Assembly (NCBI RefSeq): GCF_000400465.1
Contig: NW_008806284.1
Coordinates: 20,001 to 268,000 of the forward strand
DNA length: 248,000 nucleotides
Reading direction: 5' to 3'
DNA from: Wallemia ichthyophaga EXF-994
Lineage: Eukaryota > Fungi > Basidiomycota
Below are positions 13,514-27,329 of this stretch, piece after piece. Position 1 is the first letter of the stretch. Every line of letters starts with the position of its first letter. The notes under the pieces were generated by a model that worked only from the letters and a program-made list of their open reading frames with translations, was not told the origin of the DNA and made no database searches. The translations under genes were made by a program, and so were the position numbers.

Positions 13514-13989
13514 AGTCCTTGTATAAGAGTTGCTTGTGTTGGTTGTTACACTGCAAGAAGCCCCTGCACAGCCATTCTATTTAAATTTCGGCGGACAAAG
13601 TTCTGTGCATAAAAGACAGGGTATGTGCGCGGCAGCTGGCAGCTGGCAGGTGCAAGTGGCAGCTGGCAGGTGACAATGCGTGGCTGGTGTTTGCGCTTTT
13701 CCTTGTGCTTCTATTGCTTTTCTTGAGGCTGGTTCCTGAACGTACCCACTGAAACGATGCTGTGCTGTGCTGGCCATGTCGCCGATTAGAGGGTGGCGAG
13801 TGGATGAGTGGGTGCATGAGCGTGAGTGTGAGTGAGAATAACAAGAACAATATGGATATGCATATGAATTGCCCACAAGAAGACGCTAGGTCTCTCGGTG
13901 AATGAAACACCATCAGCGACTACAACGCCACGAATATTTTGTATTATTTATACATCTAATCCAACACACCTTGTTGCCGTCATACAACC

Positions 13990-14897
13990 ATGCGTCTAGC
14001 GATAATCGGCGGAAACGGATTCCTGGGCTCAGCGATAACGAAAGCCGCGGTCGGGCGCGGTTGGCAAGTGAGCAGCGTGAGCCAATCTGGGCGGCCATAT
14101 GCGTCACCGTCAGGCCACGCGCCGAAATGGACGAGCAGGGTGGGTGAGCGGTGCGAGAGGTGCGACGCACGCTAAACTAGCTGGACACACAGGTAGAGTG
14201 GCACCGCGGCCATGTGTTGGACGCGGAAACGTACCGGGAAGTGATAGCGGAGAGCGATGCGGTAGTGCACACGCCGGGTATACTGCTCGAATCTGACTAC
14301 AAGGGGGGAGTTATGGGTGCACTGAATGCACTGTGGCACTCGCACCAGCCCCCAAACCCGCTAAGTGGGGGACAGTACGAGCGGGTGAATAGAGACGCGG
14401 CTATGACGGTGTCTGGAGTGTTTCAAAAGACCAGAAGCGGCTCATCTGTAGATAACCCGTTCGTTTATGTCTCGGCAGCTGATGTATTCAGACCGCTGAT
14501 ACCGGCACGGTACATTTCAACTAAGAGGGAGGCGGAGGAGTGGATTGCTGGACTGGACGGTGTTAGAGCGGTGAGCCTCAGGCCGGGACTCATGTACCAT
14601 CCTCACACTAGACCGCTGTCGACCATTCCAGCGACGCTGATTGATGGACTCAATCATCTGACTAGGTGCGGCGAGGCGAATGCAAAGAGCATCCAACACA
14701 CGCAGCACATGCACTCATCACAATCATCACAATCATCACAATCCTCACAATCCTCATACAGCATTCTCAACTTGCTCCACACAAATGCTCTGCATATCGA
14801 CACAGTCGCAAACGGGGCACTCGAAGCTATCGCAGACAGCAGCGTGAGGGGGGCGCTGAGTGTGGAGGCCATCAAAGCGCTAGCCTGGAAGAATTGA
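13990..14897 (+). CDS. NAD(P)-binding epimerase/SDR (Coq11-like)
   Basis: IIGGNGFLGSAI Rossmann motif; YISTKREAE; one intron. Confidence 0.8.
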
Positions 14898-14989
14898 GTG
14901 GAGAGAAAAGAATAAAATTTTACATATTTGGTCATATTTGATCATTGCGTGGTATTTGTGCTATTGATAGGCATATTCAGCGAGCGACG

Positions 14990-15832
14990 ATGAGAGTAAG
15001 GGGGATTGTTGAGAAGGGTAGACGCAGCACTCACGCGTGCTACAAGGAATGGCTCAATGTGCTACAGTACCGCACGAACCACAAGAAACCAGGGCGGCGG
15101 AAGAGGAGGGCGAGTGAGACGTCCAAAGACAGCGATAGTGAGGGAGGCGATGGCGATCGGGGGCTATCCAGCAAGCACCTCAACAAGCTCAAGCCGCTGC
15201 TCATGTCCAACTGTTCCGACACGCCTCTGCACATGAGTGGGGTGAGCATCGACACCAACACCAACTTGCACACCACGCTCGGCACTCCGCACGACACGGT
15301 GGATGAGAGTATTGGCGAAAAGGTCGAGAAGATGGCTCTGCGCGCGAAAACCAGAGCGTCTCTACCGCCTCCCAACAAGCTGCACTTGCAGAACACACAT
15401 GCTTACGACTTGGCGAAACTGTCAGAGCTGCGCGATAGTGACGAGAATTACGAGAAAGTTCACCGCGTAGCTCGCAAAGAGTGTAATAGACACTGCGCGG
15501 ATTGTCGAACACCAACACCGCTCTGGGCAGTGTATGCACTGCATGGCCAACCTATCGTACTGTTCATCTGCATACAGTGCTCAGGTTGGCACAGGTCGCT
15601 TGGTAGTCATATATCCAAAGTTAAGAGCGTCGAGTTGGATGAGTGGTCTGCTGAGCTTATCGATCTTGCGGAACGCACTGGGAATGTCGTGGGCAATAAG
15701 CTTTACGAAGCAACACTCCCAACCGCCCAAATACCCTCCCCTTCTTCCTCCACTTCAATAGATGTGGGCGAGTTTATTAGGAATAAATACCTCGATCGGT
15801 TGTGGGTGAGTGGGCGCGAGGAGGATAGATAG
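14990..15832 (+). CDS. ArfGAP zinc-finger protein
   Basis: CADC...WA...ICIQCSGWHRSLGSHISKVKSVELDEW. Confidence 0.88.
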   Translation: MRVRGIVEKGRRSTHACYKEWLNVLQYRTNHKKPGRRKRRASETSKDSDSEGGDGDRGLSSKHLNKLKPLLMSNCSDTPLHMSGVSIDTNTNLHTTLGTPHDTVDESIGEKVEKMALRAKTRASLPPPNKLHLQNTHAYDLAKLSELRDSDENYEKVHRVARKECNRHCADCRTPTPLWAVYALHGQPIVLFICIQCSGWHRSLGSHISKVKSVELDEWSAELIDLAERTGNVVGNKLYEATLPTAQIPSPSSSTSIDVGEFIRNKYLDRLWVSGREEDR

Positions 15833-16175
15833 ATGCGTGTGTAGGTGAGTGTGTGGTTAAGTGCATTTGCACACATGCACACATGACACAATACATAACA
15901 CATAGTAATAATTGTATACCACTACCATGATAATATTAAGAGTTCATATAATGGACAAAATATGGATTATTATGCAAAAGCGCTGCTCAGAACCACCCAT
16001 TTACCCCAAACTTCTTGCGCGAGGCCCACAGATAGTTGCATGTGTCGGAACATGTATAGATGGATATACTTACATATCCATACGCACACTTGTTAAAAGC
16101 AAAGTAATAATCGTTTGTCACTACCATGATAAGAGCATATGTAATAGATCTAGGCAAATTACACAAAAGCACCCC

Positions 16176-18876
16176 TCAGAACCACCCCTTCATCCCCCAC
16201 TTCTTCTCCTTCTTGCGCTCAGCTTCGTGCTGCTTAGCCATGACTTTATCAATTTCCTTCTGCTCTTTCCTGAGTTTCTTGTCGTCTTTCTTCTCAGATT
16301 TCTTGTCTTTATCTTTCTTCTCAGGCTGTCTCGCCTTATCCTTGTTTATATCGTCGACTGGGGTGGGTGGAAGTGCAGGCTTAACTTCATCACTCCAATA
16401 CTTGCGATCGTAACCCTGTTGGAGGTTAGCCAAGTAGCGATGTTGTGCCTGTTCAGGGGAGAGATCAGGAGTCTCCTGTCTATTTTTATCCGAGAGTTGC
16501 GAGTGCGGGTCGTGCATATATCGGTCAGGTTTATTTAAGGCGGTGGAAGTACCCGCGAATGTCTTCTGCGCGTCATTGGCAGTAGCTAACGACGACGCAC
16601 CCTCTCCATACACATACCCCGTGTCGAGATTGCGCACGTTGTCGAGGAAGCGTGTTGGGGTTAGTATGTCGGTAGATCCTGTGTGAGTGTGAGTGTGTAT
16701 TCAAGTGCTATTACGCATTATGCATTGTGCACTTTGCACTCTGCACACCGCTCTCTCTTCACCCACCTATCAATACATCCCGCTGGTGTGTTTCACAAAC
16801 CTCATAAACACTCTGCACCTCGCTATATGTCATACCACCACAGACGTAAACGAGAATTTTGTTGCGGGTTTGTTGTGTGTTTTGTGTTGGGGTAAGACCG
16901 CGGGTTGATCCACCATTTCCATTCACGCTGGCGTTGGCATTCGTATTGCCTTCCACACTACCACTCCCGCCCCCTCCACTCACGTAGGACGCACTACGCG
17001 AGGCAGATGCCCAGGTCGCGCGAGCTGAGCGCAGGCTGCCTTGGGAGGGCGCTGGTGTGGTTGAGAGTGAGGAGGGAGATGAAGAGCTAGTAGCGGGGTG
17101 GGATTGAGAGTGAGGAGCGTTGCGAGGCCGTGAGTGAGAATTTGAGGAGCGTAGACTGAGGTTGCTGCTGCCACTGCCATTACCAGAAGGTGGTTTAAGA
17201 GAGTCTCCTGACGCATCAGCACCACCACCCTCCTCCACCCCATCCAGCCTGCTAAAGACACCCGTGTCGAGCTTGCCGTGTATTAGATCGGTGAGGGTGG
17301 TTTTGAGTGCGGGGATATATCTGCTCGTATCGTACGCATCGTCGTCCGACTTGCCCTTGTATTTGTATCGCCTGAATGCTTGCTGCTCGCTATCATTTTT
17401 GTTGACGCGCACACCTATATAGACAAGGTTATCGATGGCTTTGTGGTCATTTGGAGCCAACCGAGCATGCTGGTAGAGCCTCCTCTTATCCTCATCGCTG
17501 ACGCCATCTTTGAAGAGAATGTAGAGAGCAATGATGCGAATTTTGTCGCGGTTGAGGAGAGTGGGGTGGTCGAGGAGAGGTACCATCTGTTCTATGAGAT
17601 GGCGAGGTGTGCGATTATCGGCGGTTAGACCAGTCGCGCAGCATTGCTCGACGTCTGAGACTTGCATGAGGTTGCGATTGTTCACCTCACCCATAAGCTG
17701 GTCGGAGAGAGTGGTGTGGATGTACGCCTTGTCTTTTATGTCGGCGTGATCTGTCAACCCAGCTAACATACCCCTCAGACCATCCAAACCACTTGCATTC
17801 TTTAGGTCCTGATCTGCTCTTTCTGCCTGACGGGCTAACTCACCCACTTTGTCAATAGCATCTTTTAGGTGAAGGTGACGGATATCACACCAGATAGAGT
17901 CAGAGTAGTCGGATAAGGGGTGTTGCTTGGTGAGACCTTGTGATTGGCTGGATTTGTAGGAGAAAATGGGTGGAATAGAACAAGAGTCAAGGGAGCGTTG
18001 TGTGAGCAGATCGTTTGTGAGGGATTGGTAGGAGAAGTTATGGAGAAGGGGGAGCGCGAGGTCTAGAGTACGATCAGTGATGAGGAGGGTAGGGTTGGTT
18101 GCTGAGTTAGCCAGACCAAAGTCGTGGTTGTCGCGCTTGATCTGGGTTAGTTGTTTGGACAGAGCCACAGCAACTCTTCTCGCCACGCCAGAACCCTTTT
18201 GAGAGGAAGAGAAGGAGGATTTCCAAGAGGATTTCTTTGGGATTGGAGGGGAAGGGTTTGAGTTGAGGTAGTTGCCCGTTGAGGTAACTGGAGTTGCATA
18301 GGTGCCAACACCGTTGATAGAATTCTGGTATAAGATGATTGGGTGGATGTTTAGAGCGAGTAGGATATTCTCAAGGGATTTAACAGTTAGGGCCACTTGT
18401 AATTCACTTGAAGGGTAGTTGGTTGGTTGTGAGTAGTAACTGTGAAATGCACTGGGTTGATTTGTAGAGAAAGCCCGTGATTCAACTATAGTGTAGTTCA
18501 AAGGGATTTCCTTGAGAGTTACTAGCTTTGGTATAACACCACTGTTGATTATTTTAAATTCAAGTGATTTTGAAAGGGAGTCAAGGAGGTATAAGTGATT
18601 CTGATATGGTGATTGGGAGATGCACCTAATGACCCTATCAATTGAATGGGTTGTTGGGAGAATAAAGAATATTTTATCGAATCCATTTTCATTGTAATTG
18701 TTAACGATATCTTCCAATAATACTATTTGAGTGATTGATAGTTGTAATATCTCACTTAAAGGCATTATACTTAGTAAAATATCTCTGCTTGGAATATCAC
18801 ATATCAACTCCCTCCATCCACTCCCCTTCAAAACCCTCACAACCATCTCCTTTTTTATTTCGTTCAAGTTGGTCAT
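16176..18876 (-). CDS. SEC1: Sec1/Munc18 family protein
   Basis: DRTLDLALPLLHNFSYQ, ILVYVCGGMTYSE, last exon GSTDILTP (16176-16680 joined by an intron). Confidence 0.88.
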
Positions 18877-18893
18877 CGTTGTTATAAACCACC

Positions 18894-20912
18894 ATGAGTA
18901 ATTCTAATTTACCAGATTTCTTTAAATCAAATTCAAAACCCAATAATAACTTTAAATCAATTTGGAATAATAACGACGCTTTACCCACACTTTCCTTTAC
19001 AGATTCTTTGAATTCTTTTAACCAATTGGATTTGAATGGCACTAATAATGTCATTGACAATAATAATGTCATTGATACTGGTACTGTCATTAACACTGGT
19101 ACTGCCATTGATAATCCCACTCCCTCTCACTCCCTCAACGCTACTCCTCAGCTTCATCAGATACATCCACAGCCATACAATCCCACCCACACTCACCCAC
19201 AGATGCACTCACAAACACCCCCTACAATTCCTCCCACTCTCCCCACTCCCCCCTCCACCGATCAAATCATCCGCCACCAAGAACTACAGGACCTCAAAAG
19301 ACGCAGAAAAGCTATAAAAATTAGCTCCATGTCCAATTACAATCACTTAATGACCCCCTCCGACAAATCTTACATCCTGAGAATTCAACTCAGCTCACTA
19401 GCAACCGCTGACCCCTACACCGACGACTTTTACGCTCAAATCTACTCAATTCTTATGCGTAAGAATCAAGGTGTTCTCAACGTTGGTGGTATGGCTCTCT
19501 CCGTCGCTGCTGGCTCTACCCACTCCGGCATCGGCATCGGCGCTGCTAAAAAGTTACGCGATCAAATCGATAAAATTGTCAGATCAAAGAGGCAGAATCA
19601 GCTAGACGATAAAAACAATCTCAACCAAGAAAACTCCCTCGTCGGCGCTCTAGGCACATCCACTAAAACTAATTCCAGAGCCCCAAGACAGGTACTTCAA
19701 ATCGATTCTGACATTTCCTCCGAGTCAACAAAGGCTTCCGCAATAGATGTCCTCTCCTCCCTTCAGAAAGGTTACCCCATCTCTTCCAACTCGTCAAACT
19801 CCCCTCAACCCCCACTCACACGTCGTCAGTGTCTGATGGCTTCTGAGAAGCTGTACGATCATGTACTCGCTCTTGAAAGTCTTGCCAGGTCTAAACCGAA
19901 TGAGTCACCCACTGAGCAAGTCAATGAAGAAGATCATGTACAATCCACCCAAGCCTGGCAATCACAATACGCCAACCACATTGACGCTGTGTGGAAGGGG
20001 TTGAGAGTGATGGAGCCGCTCGAACTATCCAATCCTCATCCCTTCATCTCCTTAATCGCCCTCCCCAAAACATCCAAGCTCCTCCCCAGAGCAACTCGAC
20101 ACCTCGACCACCAACAAATCCTCACTATCAACACTCTCATCATTGCGTGTTTCTCCCAACTCCTCTCTCTCCAAGATAGCTGTGGTAGTTTTGTCGAAGC
20201 TTTCTTGAGTGGTGTGGTGCCGCAATTTATGAGTATGATTGCTGGCGTTAGTTTGCGCCTGGTGGCTGGAATGCTTGCGTTGTTTGTTGAGCGCAACGAT
20301 GTCGTAACTGTGGCGCAGTCTAAGGTGTGCATTTGGCATTTCAGCTTCTCGCTTCATCTCATTCTAACATAACCCTCCACAGCCCGGTCTAGCCTTCCTC
20401 ACCATCCTACTCAGCAGAGCTGAGATACTCAAGCAGATCCCGCTTGGTGTCGAGCAGGCACCTGCGCCTGAAGAGACAGCTCAATGGTGGGTATACCCTT
20501 AGATTAGCGCTCAGCCAAACTAACACTCCTCTCACTCACACAGGGACCAGATCTTCTCCCTCTTCTTGCACAAACTCCTCACTCACCTCCCCCACCTCTT
20601 CCCTTCGCAGCGCGAGAAAGCTGCGCGCGGGTTTGGTGGAGTGCCTGGTGTGCCCGCCGTTGACACCCACACCACCACTCTCCTCCTCGACAACGACGAT
20701 GAGAGCGTGTGGCGCTTCCTCGCGGCTATTGCACTCAACAGCGATAACATCCAGCAATCTTCCCTCGTGCAAGACGTGCGTGATGTCGTCCATGAAAACG
20801 TAGTCTCGGCTCAACAAGCTTGGGTACCTGCGCAGAGTGCTCATAAGAGGATAAGCAACGTTAACGTCTTTTTGCATGCCCTCGGCTTGGATGTCAGTCA
20901 GTTGGGTGTATA
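18894..20912 (+). CDS. PAT1: mRNA decapping activator Pat1
   Basis: NHLMTPSDKSYILRIQLSSL..DPYTDDFYAQ; LFPSQR helical C-terminal domain. Confidence 0.85.
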
Positions 20913-20969
20913 GGGTCTGTAAACGGTTATTTGTAGTTTGTGCAATGTGCCTTGCCATCGTTGCTCACT

Positions 20970-22200
20970 GCTAATATATTACAATGAATATTTATCATTT
21001 AAGTCATTATTTATCTTCCTTTACCTCCTGACACACGTTTCTGGAACACGCCATGTCTCATAATTTCATCCTTCCGTTGGAAAGTTGCATAAATTGCTTG
21101 AATTGCTTGAATTGAAACAAGAATCTGTTTCCTTATCGAGATTGCTAAAACTAAGATGAAAGATGACCAAGCCACATTCGGATGGAAGTACGTCCATTGA
21201 CCAGTAGCGCACACTCTCTACAAGCCCCGACATTAGTCAAGAAACATTATCTGTAATTCTGCACCTCTTTAAAATCTTTGCACTTTAAGAAGTTTTGATG
21301 GACGCAGTTTAAATGTCTTAACATTAAATTCAGATTTCATCAACACATTCGTTTACAAGATAGTTTACATCGTTTATCTACATGACTAAGCTACATCGTC
21401 ATATCGATAATACGACTAAATAAGTATTTTGTTTGCTTTGGTGGGCGGCTCGAGAAACGGTAGTTGCAGTAATCAATGCTCTTACCCCACAACTCTTCCT
21501 TGCTAGAACCAATTGACTGAAACTTTTCCACCATTTGAGGGTAGTTGTATGCTGGAGATCCTATTACAACTAGCCCACCCAGCTCCAGCGTGACTTGTTG
21601 TGAGTGTACTTCATAATCTCTTAACGGTTTTCGTGAAAGCTTGATGATCTCGAGAGCATCATTTAAGAATTTTATAGCATTCAGGAAGAGGAATCTCATG
21701 GACAGATAACGACCTGGATGCAGTTGCTGTGTGAAACAAACAGTCACGCCAATAGTATTCTAAATGGTTTGTTAATTGCTTTTGAAGGATGCTATGCGAA
21801 TCACTTTTAACGAATCAGGACCGTCAACCTGTGGACGGATAACATCGTTTATGTACGCGTCTGTATCAAAGCTAACAGACTTCTCGTATGCATCCAGGCC
21901 AACGTCAAGTCTCATTTCATGCATTTTAATCTCATCGCTCACACGCGCGTGCACCGCTGAAATTTTTGACAGTACTCCATGTCACTGCTGTTGCTATTGG
22001 GCTACTACTATTTAAGATATTCTCTATCCTTATTGTCAACGATGTTTGATTTAAACCTTGTCAGAACCTTTATCGATATCAGAATTACACACCTCTTGAG
22101 AGCATGCAGTCGACTAGCGAATCTCACAAAGGCTCTAACAACCTCCAATGCCTCTCGAGGAGCGGCTTTAGACTATTTTAGAGGTTTGTCTTTATAAATT
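20970..22200 (-). pseudogene. Decayed orphan coding-like sequence
   Basis: Several 60-118 aa ORF pieces on one strand separated by stops, in an AT-richer gap; no recognisable family. Confidence 0.25.
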
Positions 22201-23432
22201 CTGTTTTCAAATAGTTTCATTTTGTGGCTCTGGACAACATTGTGAAACATTGAACAACTTTTAAACAGTGCACAAAATGGATCTCATGTCAGATAATAAT
22301 AAAAAACAATGTGAAACTACGGCCTATATTGTATTTACTTAGGCATTTTAATTTACATAATTACACCTCAAACGTATGAACGACATTCAGCACGCTCAAA
22401 TGAAATCAAAGCCGATGATGAATTGTGCTACAGGTGAATCAGCGAAAGCTGTAAAAACAATTCATTAGTCACGTGTTGTCGAATATATGTCATTCTTTCG
22501 CTCACTCATTGAACTGCTTGTGTACACGCAATCAGAGTGTGCGAATGCAGCGCCCTGTAGAAAAGAAAGTTCCACGTGTTTCTAACATGAATTTCTTTTG
22601 CTAGATGAGAGAGAAAGTGAAATGGTAGGTCTTCTTAGTTACAGCTCACACTTAGCTCTGTGAACGCTACGAAACAGAAAGCAAAACACGCGTCTGGAAA
22701 CTTAGCGTACTCCGGTGATTAAAAATTTAAAATTTGAAGCTTGGCGCTTTGTAATTTGACAGCAGAGGATGTTAACAGTACAATGGCGGCCTAGTGGCGG
22801 ACAATAAATCGGACTCCAAGTGGAGGTGAGTCCTAGATGATCGGTAATCCGACTACTTCAACTTCTGGCGCAGGCTAGTAATTAAATAGAAAAATCTGTA
22901 CCCAAAACATACACAAGCTCTTGTATATCTGTTGATAGAAGCCTGCGTAAACACCTTTGGCTAACGAAATGCTTGTTGATTAGGTCTCACAATTTAAGCA
23001 GGATAGTCAGCAAGAGATGTTTCAGAACCGCTGGCTGAAACACCTGCATGAAGGCTTTACACAAGCGAGGAATGTGTCCTGCTGGCCAAGAAGGCATCCA
23101 GGAAACCTGGATCTGCTATATACAGAATTTGTAATCGTGACGTTAAGACGTGCATAAAGGTAGCATGTACAGTCTACAGCGTGACACGTCCACTTTACTT
23201 ATACAGACCAGCTCAGCATGAGTCCCTTGCCCATTACATCGCTACGTATCAAGTTTTCATCAAACATTTTTCTTGTTATCCACAGTATCTCTAACAGCTG
23301 GGTAAATATGCTCTTTCCTTTCTTATCTCACTGCAAAAGATTTGGTATACGTTCTCGACCAGGTATATTATGTTTTGAATGTTACAAGAAAAATTTACGA
23401 TCGCCATCGTCGATATTTCCAACAATCAGCAC

Positions 23433-25258
23433 TCAACACTCAGACACAGATACCGGTATCTTCACCGACGTGGCCAGACCGGCGAGAGAAGTCTCCTTGA
23501 GCTGCGTACTCATCAGCGCGGCCGTCTCACGCATAGCATTGATGGCCATATCAAACGAGACAACGTGTTCGCCGTTGGTGGAGAGAGCTAGCTGAGCGGC
23601 ACTGATAGACTTGACGGCGCCGAGGTAGTTGCGCTCAATGCATGGCACCTGCACGAGACCGTGAGGAATATCGCCTGTGATGAGAGTTAAGAGTGAGCAA
23701 AATAAGACATTCACAAATTCCCTTTAAACTCACAAGTAAGGCCTAAGAAATGCTCTATTCCACACTCAGCCGCCTGGAGTATCTCCTTGGTGCTGCCTCC
23801 ATTGAGCGCCGCGAATCCTGCCGCCGCCATAGACGTAGCACTTCCGACCTCCCCCATGCACCCTGCCTCTGCGGCACTGATTGAAGCACCACGACGTATG
23901 AGCATGGCTATTGCTGCGCTGGTGAGGAGGAACTGTTGCATGTCGGTGTGTGCATCGTGGGATAGGAACTCCAGATAATATTTCAATACCGCCGGTATCA
24001 CACCAGCACTGCCCATAGTGGGGGATGTTACCAGTCGCGCCCCACATGCATTAGCCTCCATCACCGCTATCGAGTAACACATGAGGAAATCTATGGTTTT
24101 CACTTCGTTGTTCCGACGCGGCGGGATAGGGGGTAGGGGATGGGAAATGTTGCCGTGAATCTGTGGAGTGTTTTGCGCGTCTTGGCTGCTTCGCCTATAT
24201 AGCCCGCTCTGTAGCCTACTGTACAACATCTTCCCGCGCTTCTTCACCTTCATTGGGCCGGGCAAATACTCCTCGTTGGCGGATATCCCATTGAGGATGC
24301 TGTCGTCCATTGCGTGCCAGATAGTCGTTAGCTTTGCGTCAATCTCCTCGGGCGTGTACCACGTCAGCTCGTTGTTGTAGACTATCTGCGCAATGGTGAG
24401 GTTGTGCGTTGCGCACAGCTGGAGCAGTTCGTCACCCGTGTGGAAAGGGAAGGGGACTTCTTTGGGTGTGCCTGATGCGCTCGCACCATCCCCGCCCTCC
24501 TCTACCACCTGCACCTCGCGTCTCGACCTATCCACCTCATCCTTCTTGATCGCCTTGTAGAAGACATTCTCCGTGATCTCGGTGTTGTCGTGCACGACGA
24601 ACCCGCCGCCGATCGAGTAGAAGGTGTTAGTGGCGAGCAGATCACCCGACTCAGCGAAAACGCTAATCTGCATCGCGTTCGGATGGCGTGGGAGTGCCTC
24701 GTCCATCCGCCAGTTGATGTCCTTGTGTATATCGAAGGTGACCTTCTTTGTCTGAGAGTTCTCACTGCGCAGCTCAATCGCGCGCTCCTTCTCCACCTTC
24801 TCGAACTTGCCAGGAAGCGTGTTTACATCCATACTCATATCCTCTGGATCGAATCCCTGAAGCCCCCAGCAAATTGCCTTGTCGGTCATGTGCCCACCGC
24901 CAGTCAGGGCTAGCGAGCCATACAGCGTTATTTTCAGCGAGTGCACCTTAGATAGCACCCCGGAATCAGTTAAATCGTTCACGAATATACGCGCTGCGCG
25001 TAACGGTCCGCATGTGTGCGAGCTTGATGGTCCAATCCCAATTGAGAAGAGATCGAAAGTCGATATGACGGCGTGTTCTGTTTTGGGCGTGGTGGTTTGT
25101 GAGTCTGGTGGGTTGGTTGAGGTAGTTGTGCTGTCCGCAACGTCTGCCAGCCACCTCACACGCTGTGAAGCTACTGAAGAACGCAGTGGTTGTGCGCGTG
25201 GGCCCGGGATTTTCAGCATCCTTCCAGCCGCTAAGCTCCTTCTCATCAAAGTCATCAT
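23433..25258 (-). CDS. Fe-S-dependent L-serine dehydratase (SdaA type, fused alpha/beta) with mitochondrial presequence
   Basis: [66 protein letters not shown]. Confidence 0.92.
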
Positions 25259-25437
25259 AGTTTTTATTCAAATCAACGCCCGCATTTTTTGCTCTAATCT
25301 CACTTTGCAATTCACCTGATAAGCATATCGCGCTAGCCCGCTATAGGCGAGTGGATACAGAAATAGAAATAACATCTCGAGCGACATGTACCATGCATTG
25401 AAATCTACCAAGTATTTAACTACTTTTACAAATAAAC

Positions 25438-26125
25438 TTACTTGGCAGAGATAATACCTGAGGAAAATTTGTCAGCTAGAGTGAAAAACTTCAAACAACC
25501 CAAACACACCATCAAAACGTTGCTTGAACCAAGCTTGAGCTTCCTCCTTCTTGACCTTGTGCTGGAAGCCAATCTTGTTGTTGCGAGACTTACGCTTAGC
25601 AACGCGGTAACCAGGGCGGGAGATGACGACGTAGAAGTCAGCACCGAAGATACCAATACCTGGGTCATACTTGATACCCAAATCGATGTGCTCGTCGACA
25701 CCGAAACCAAAGTTACCAGTTTCACTAAAGTTACCCTTCTTAAGCTCGTACTCCTTAACCTTAAGGCCACGCTCTAAGATTTCCTCAGCCTTTGGACCTC
25801 TAACGGTAACGTGGCAAGCGATCTTTTCGTTACGACGGATACCGAAGGTACGGACGGTGTAGCGTGCCTTTGAGGTGACTGGAGTTTGACCAGTGAGTTG
25901 CTCAAGGACCTTTGCTGCACGAGTGAGTCTGTCACCGGATTCACCAACGGAAATGTCTGCGAGTGCGCGTTAGCTGTGAGCGGTGTACGATAACGATTAT
26001 TTACTGATGACGAGCTTTTCAACGCGAAGCTCCTTCATTTGGTTGCTTGGTGCAGTTGACTCGGCCTGTTTGGATTATATTTGTCAGTCTACAGTTTTAT
26101 ACTGCGTTTCACTCCAATTCACCAT
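25438..26125 (-). CDS. RPL11: 60S ribosomal protein L11 (uL5)
   Basis: [18 protein letters not shown]; multi-exon. Confidence 0.95.
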
Positions 26126-26359
26126 TTCGATTTTTAACGTCGCTGAGCTCGAGTTGCGATAGACGAAATTCTCAAGCAAACGAGCTGAAAAAATTACAAA
26201 TCTTATTTATCACTGGGGGTATAATATTCGGGGTGATAGATGGTCTATTAATGCGTGTATACCTTTCATTTCCCCCTTTCTCCAATTTTCAACGACTCGT
26301 AAAGTCTTCTCGACAGCCATTTCATCCGATTTGAACAGAACCTGTATTATAAATTACAT

Positions 26360-26940
26360 TCATGTATTGTACAATTCATTGTCTTTGCAATCCCCCGCTG
26401 GTCTTATCCACAACCCAGGCTGCTCACTCACCCTCGCTCCCCCTCGAGGTTGACGGAATGAGGGAGAAGTTAGGCGCTGTGAGTCTATGCCTTGGTGGGG
26501 GCATTCTAGGACCATATGACTCTGGCAGCGGCGGCAGCGGACGCGAGTTAAGTGTCTGCGAGAGTTCAAGGAGGTACTATCAAATAAGTCAATCTCAACA
26601 CTCAAGTCGAAAACAACGTCCACTCACTTCCTTAGGTGGCGCGAGAGAGAATTGGTGGTTTGATTTCACAGATATCGCCATCTCAACATCACCAAGCTCA
26701 ACACCGCCATGACCATTCCTGCCGGCGTACTCTGCATAAACTAGCGAATCTGATAATATCTCGTGCGTGTACCCTATAATATGTTAGAGTTTCCTGTGGT
26801 ATTCGACTCGACCTCCACCCACTGTTGGAGAAGTCAAGCAACATATGGATCGTTGCTGGTGGTGCATCGTTTATCCCCTTGGATGCGAGCATAAGCGATA
26901 TCAGATGCGCTGTTCTTGGTGTTGGCTTGTTGTCCGCCAT
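26360..26940 (-). CDS. TAF9: TFIID subunit TAF9
   Basis: Histone fold PRTAHLISLML...MLLDFS.RY..EIL.D..VYAEYA. Confidence 0.8.
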
Positions 26941-27329
26941 TGGTGATGGTTTTGGAGAGGGATGACAAGGTCGTTAGTGAGCACTAGGAGAATCGCATTG
27001 CTTTCTCAAGAGTATTGCTATTATAATCATTCAACTTAAAAGCTACACCTGGTATTTAGCAGCTAGACACAAGATGCAATGGCAACTCATGCCTGAATGG
27101 CATAAACCCTACCTTGCCTGATGGATTTTACCGTGTGAGCATCCAGACAGTGGCTCTACCAACAGTAATCATTCTCGAAATTGTATAACTACGTAATCCC
27201 CGCTCTATCCATCGGCACACAACTTAGGAGGCTTTACTTGATCAAAGGTTTGCGCTACAGACATTACATCCGCGATTTACAATAGTTACTTTGTCAAAAA
27301 TTCGATTCACAAGTATAAATCCACTCGTC

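Noticed and set aside
14700-14760. Short ATCACA/ATCCTC tandem repeat; similar microsatellites at 13640, 143680 and 238850
   Set aside because: Ordinary low-complexity slippage tracts, coding (SQS, HNT) or in UTRs.
16176-16637. 153 aa ORF as a separate gene
   Set aside because: It is the last SEC1 exon: the intron joins LIG to GSTDILTP, the conserved Sec1 C-terminal motif.
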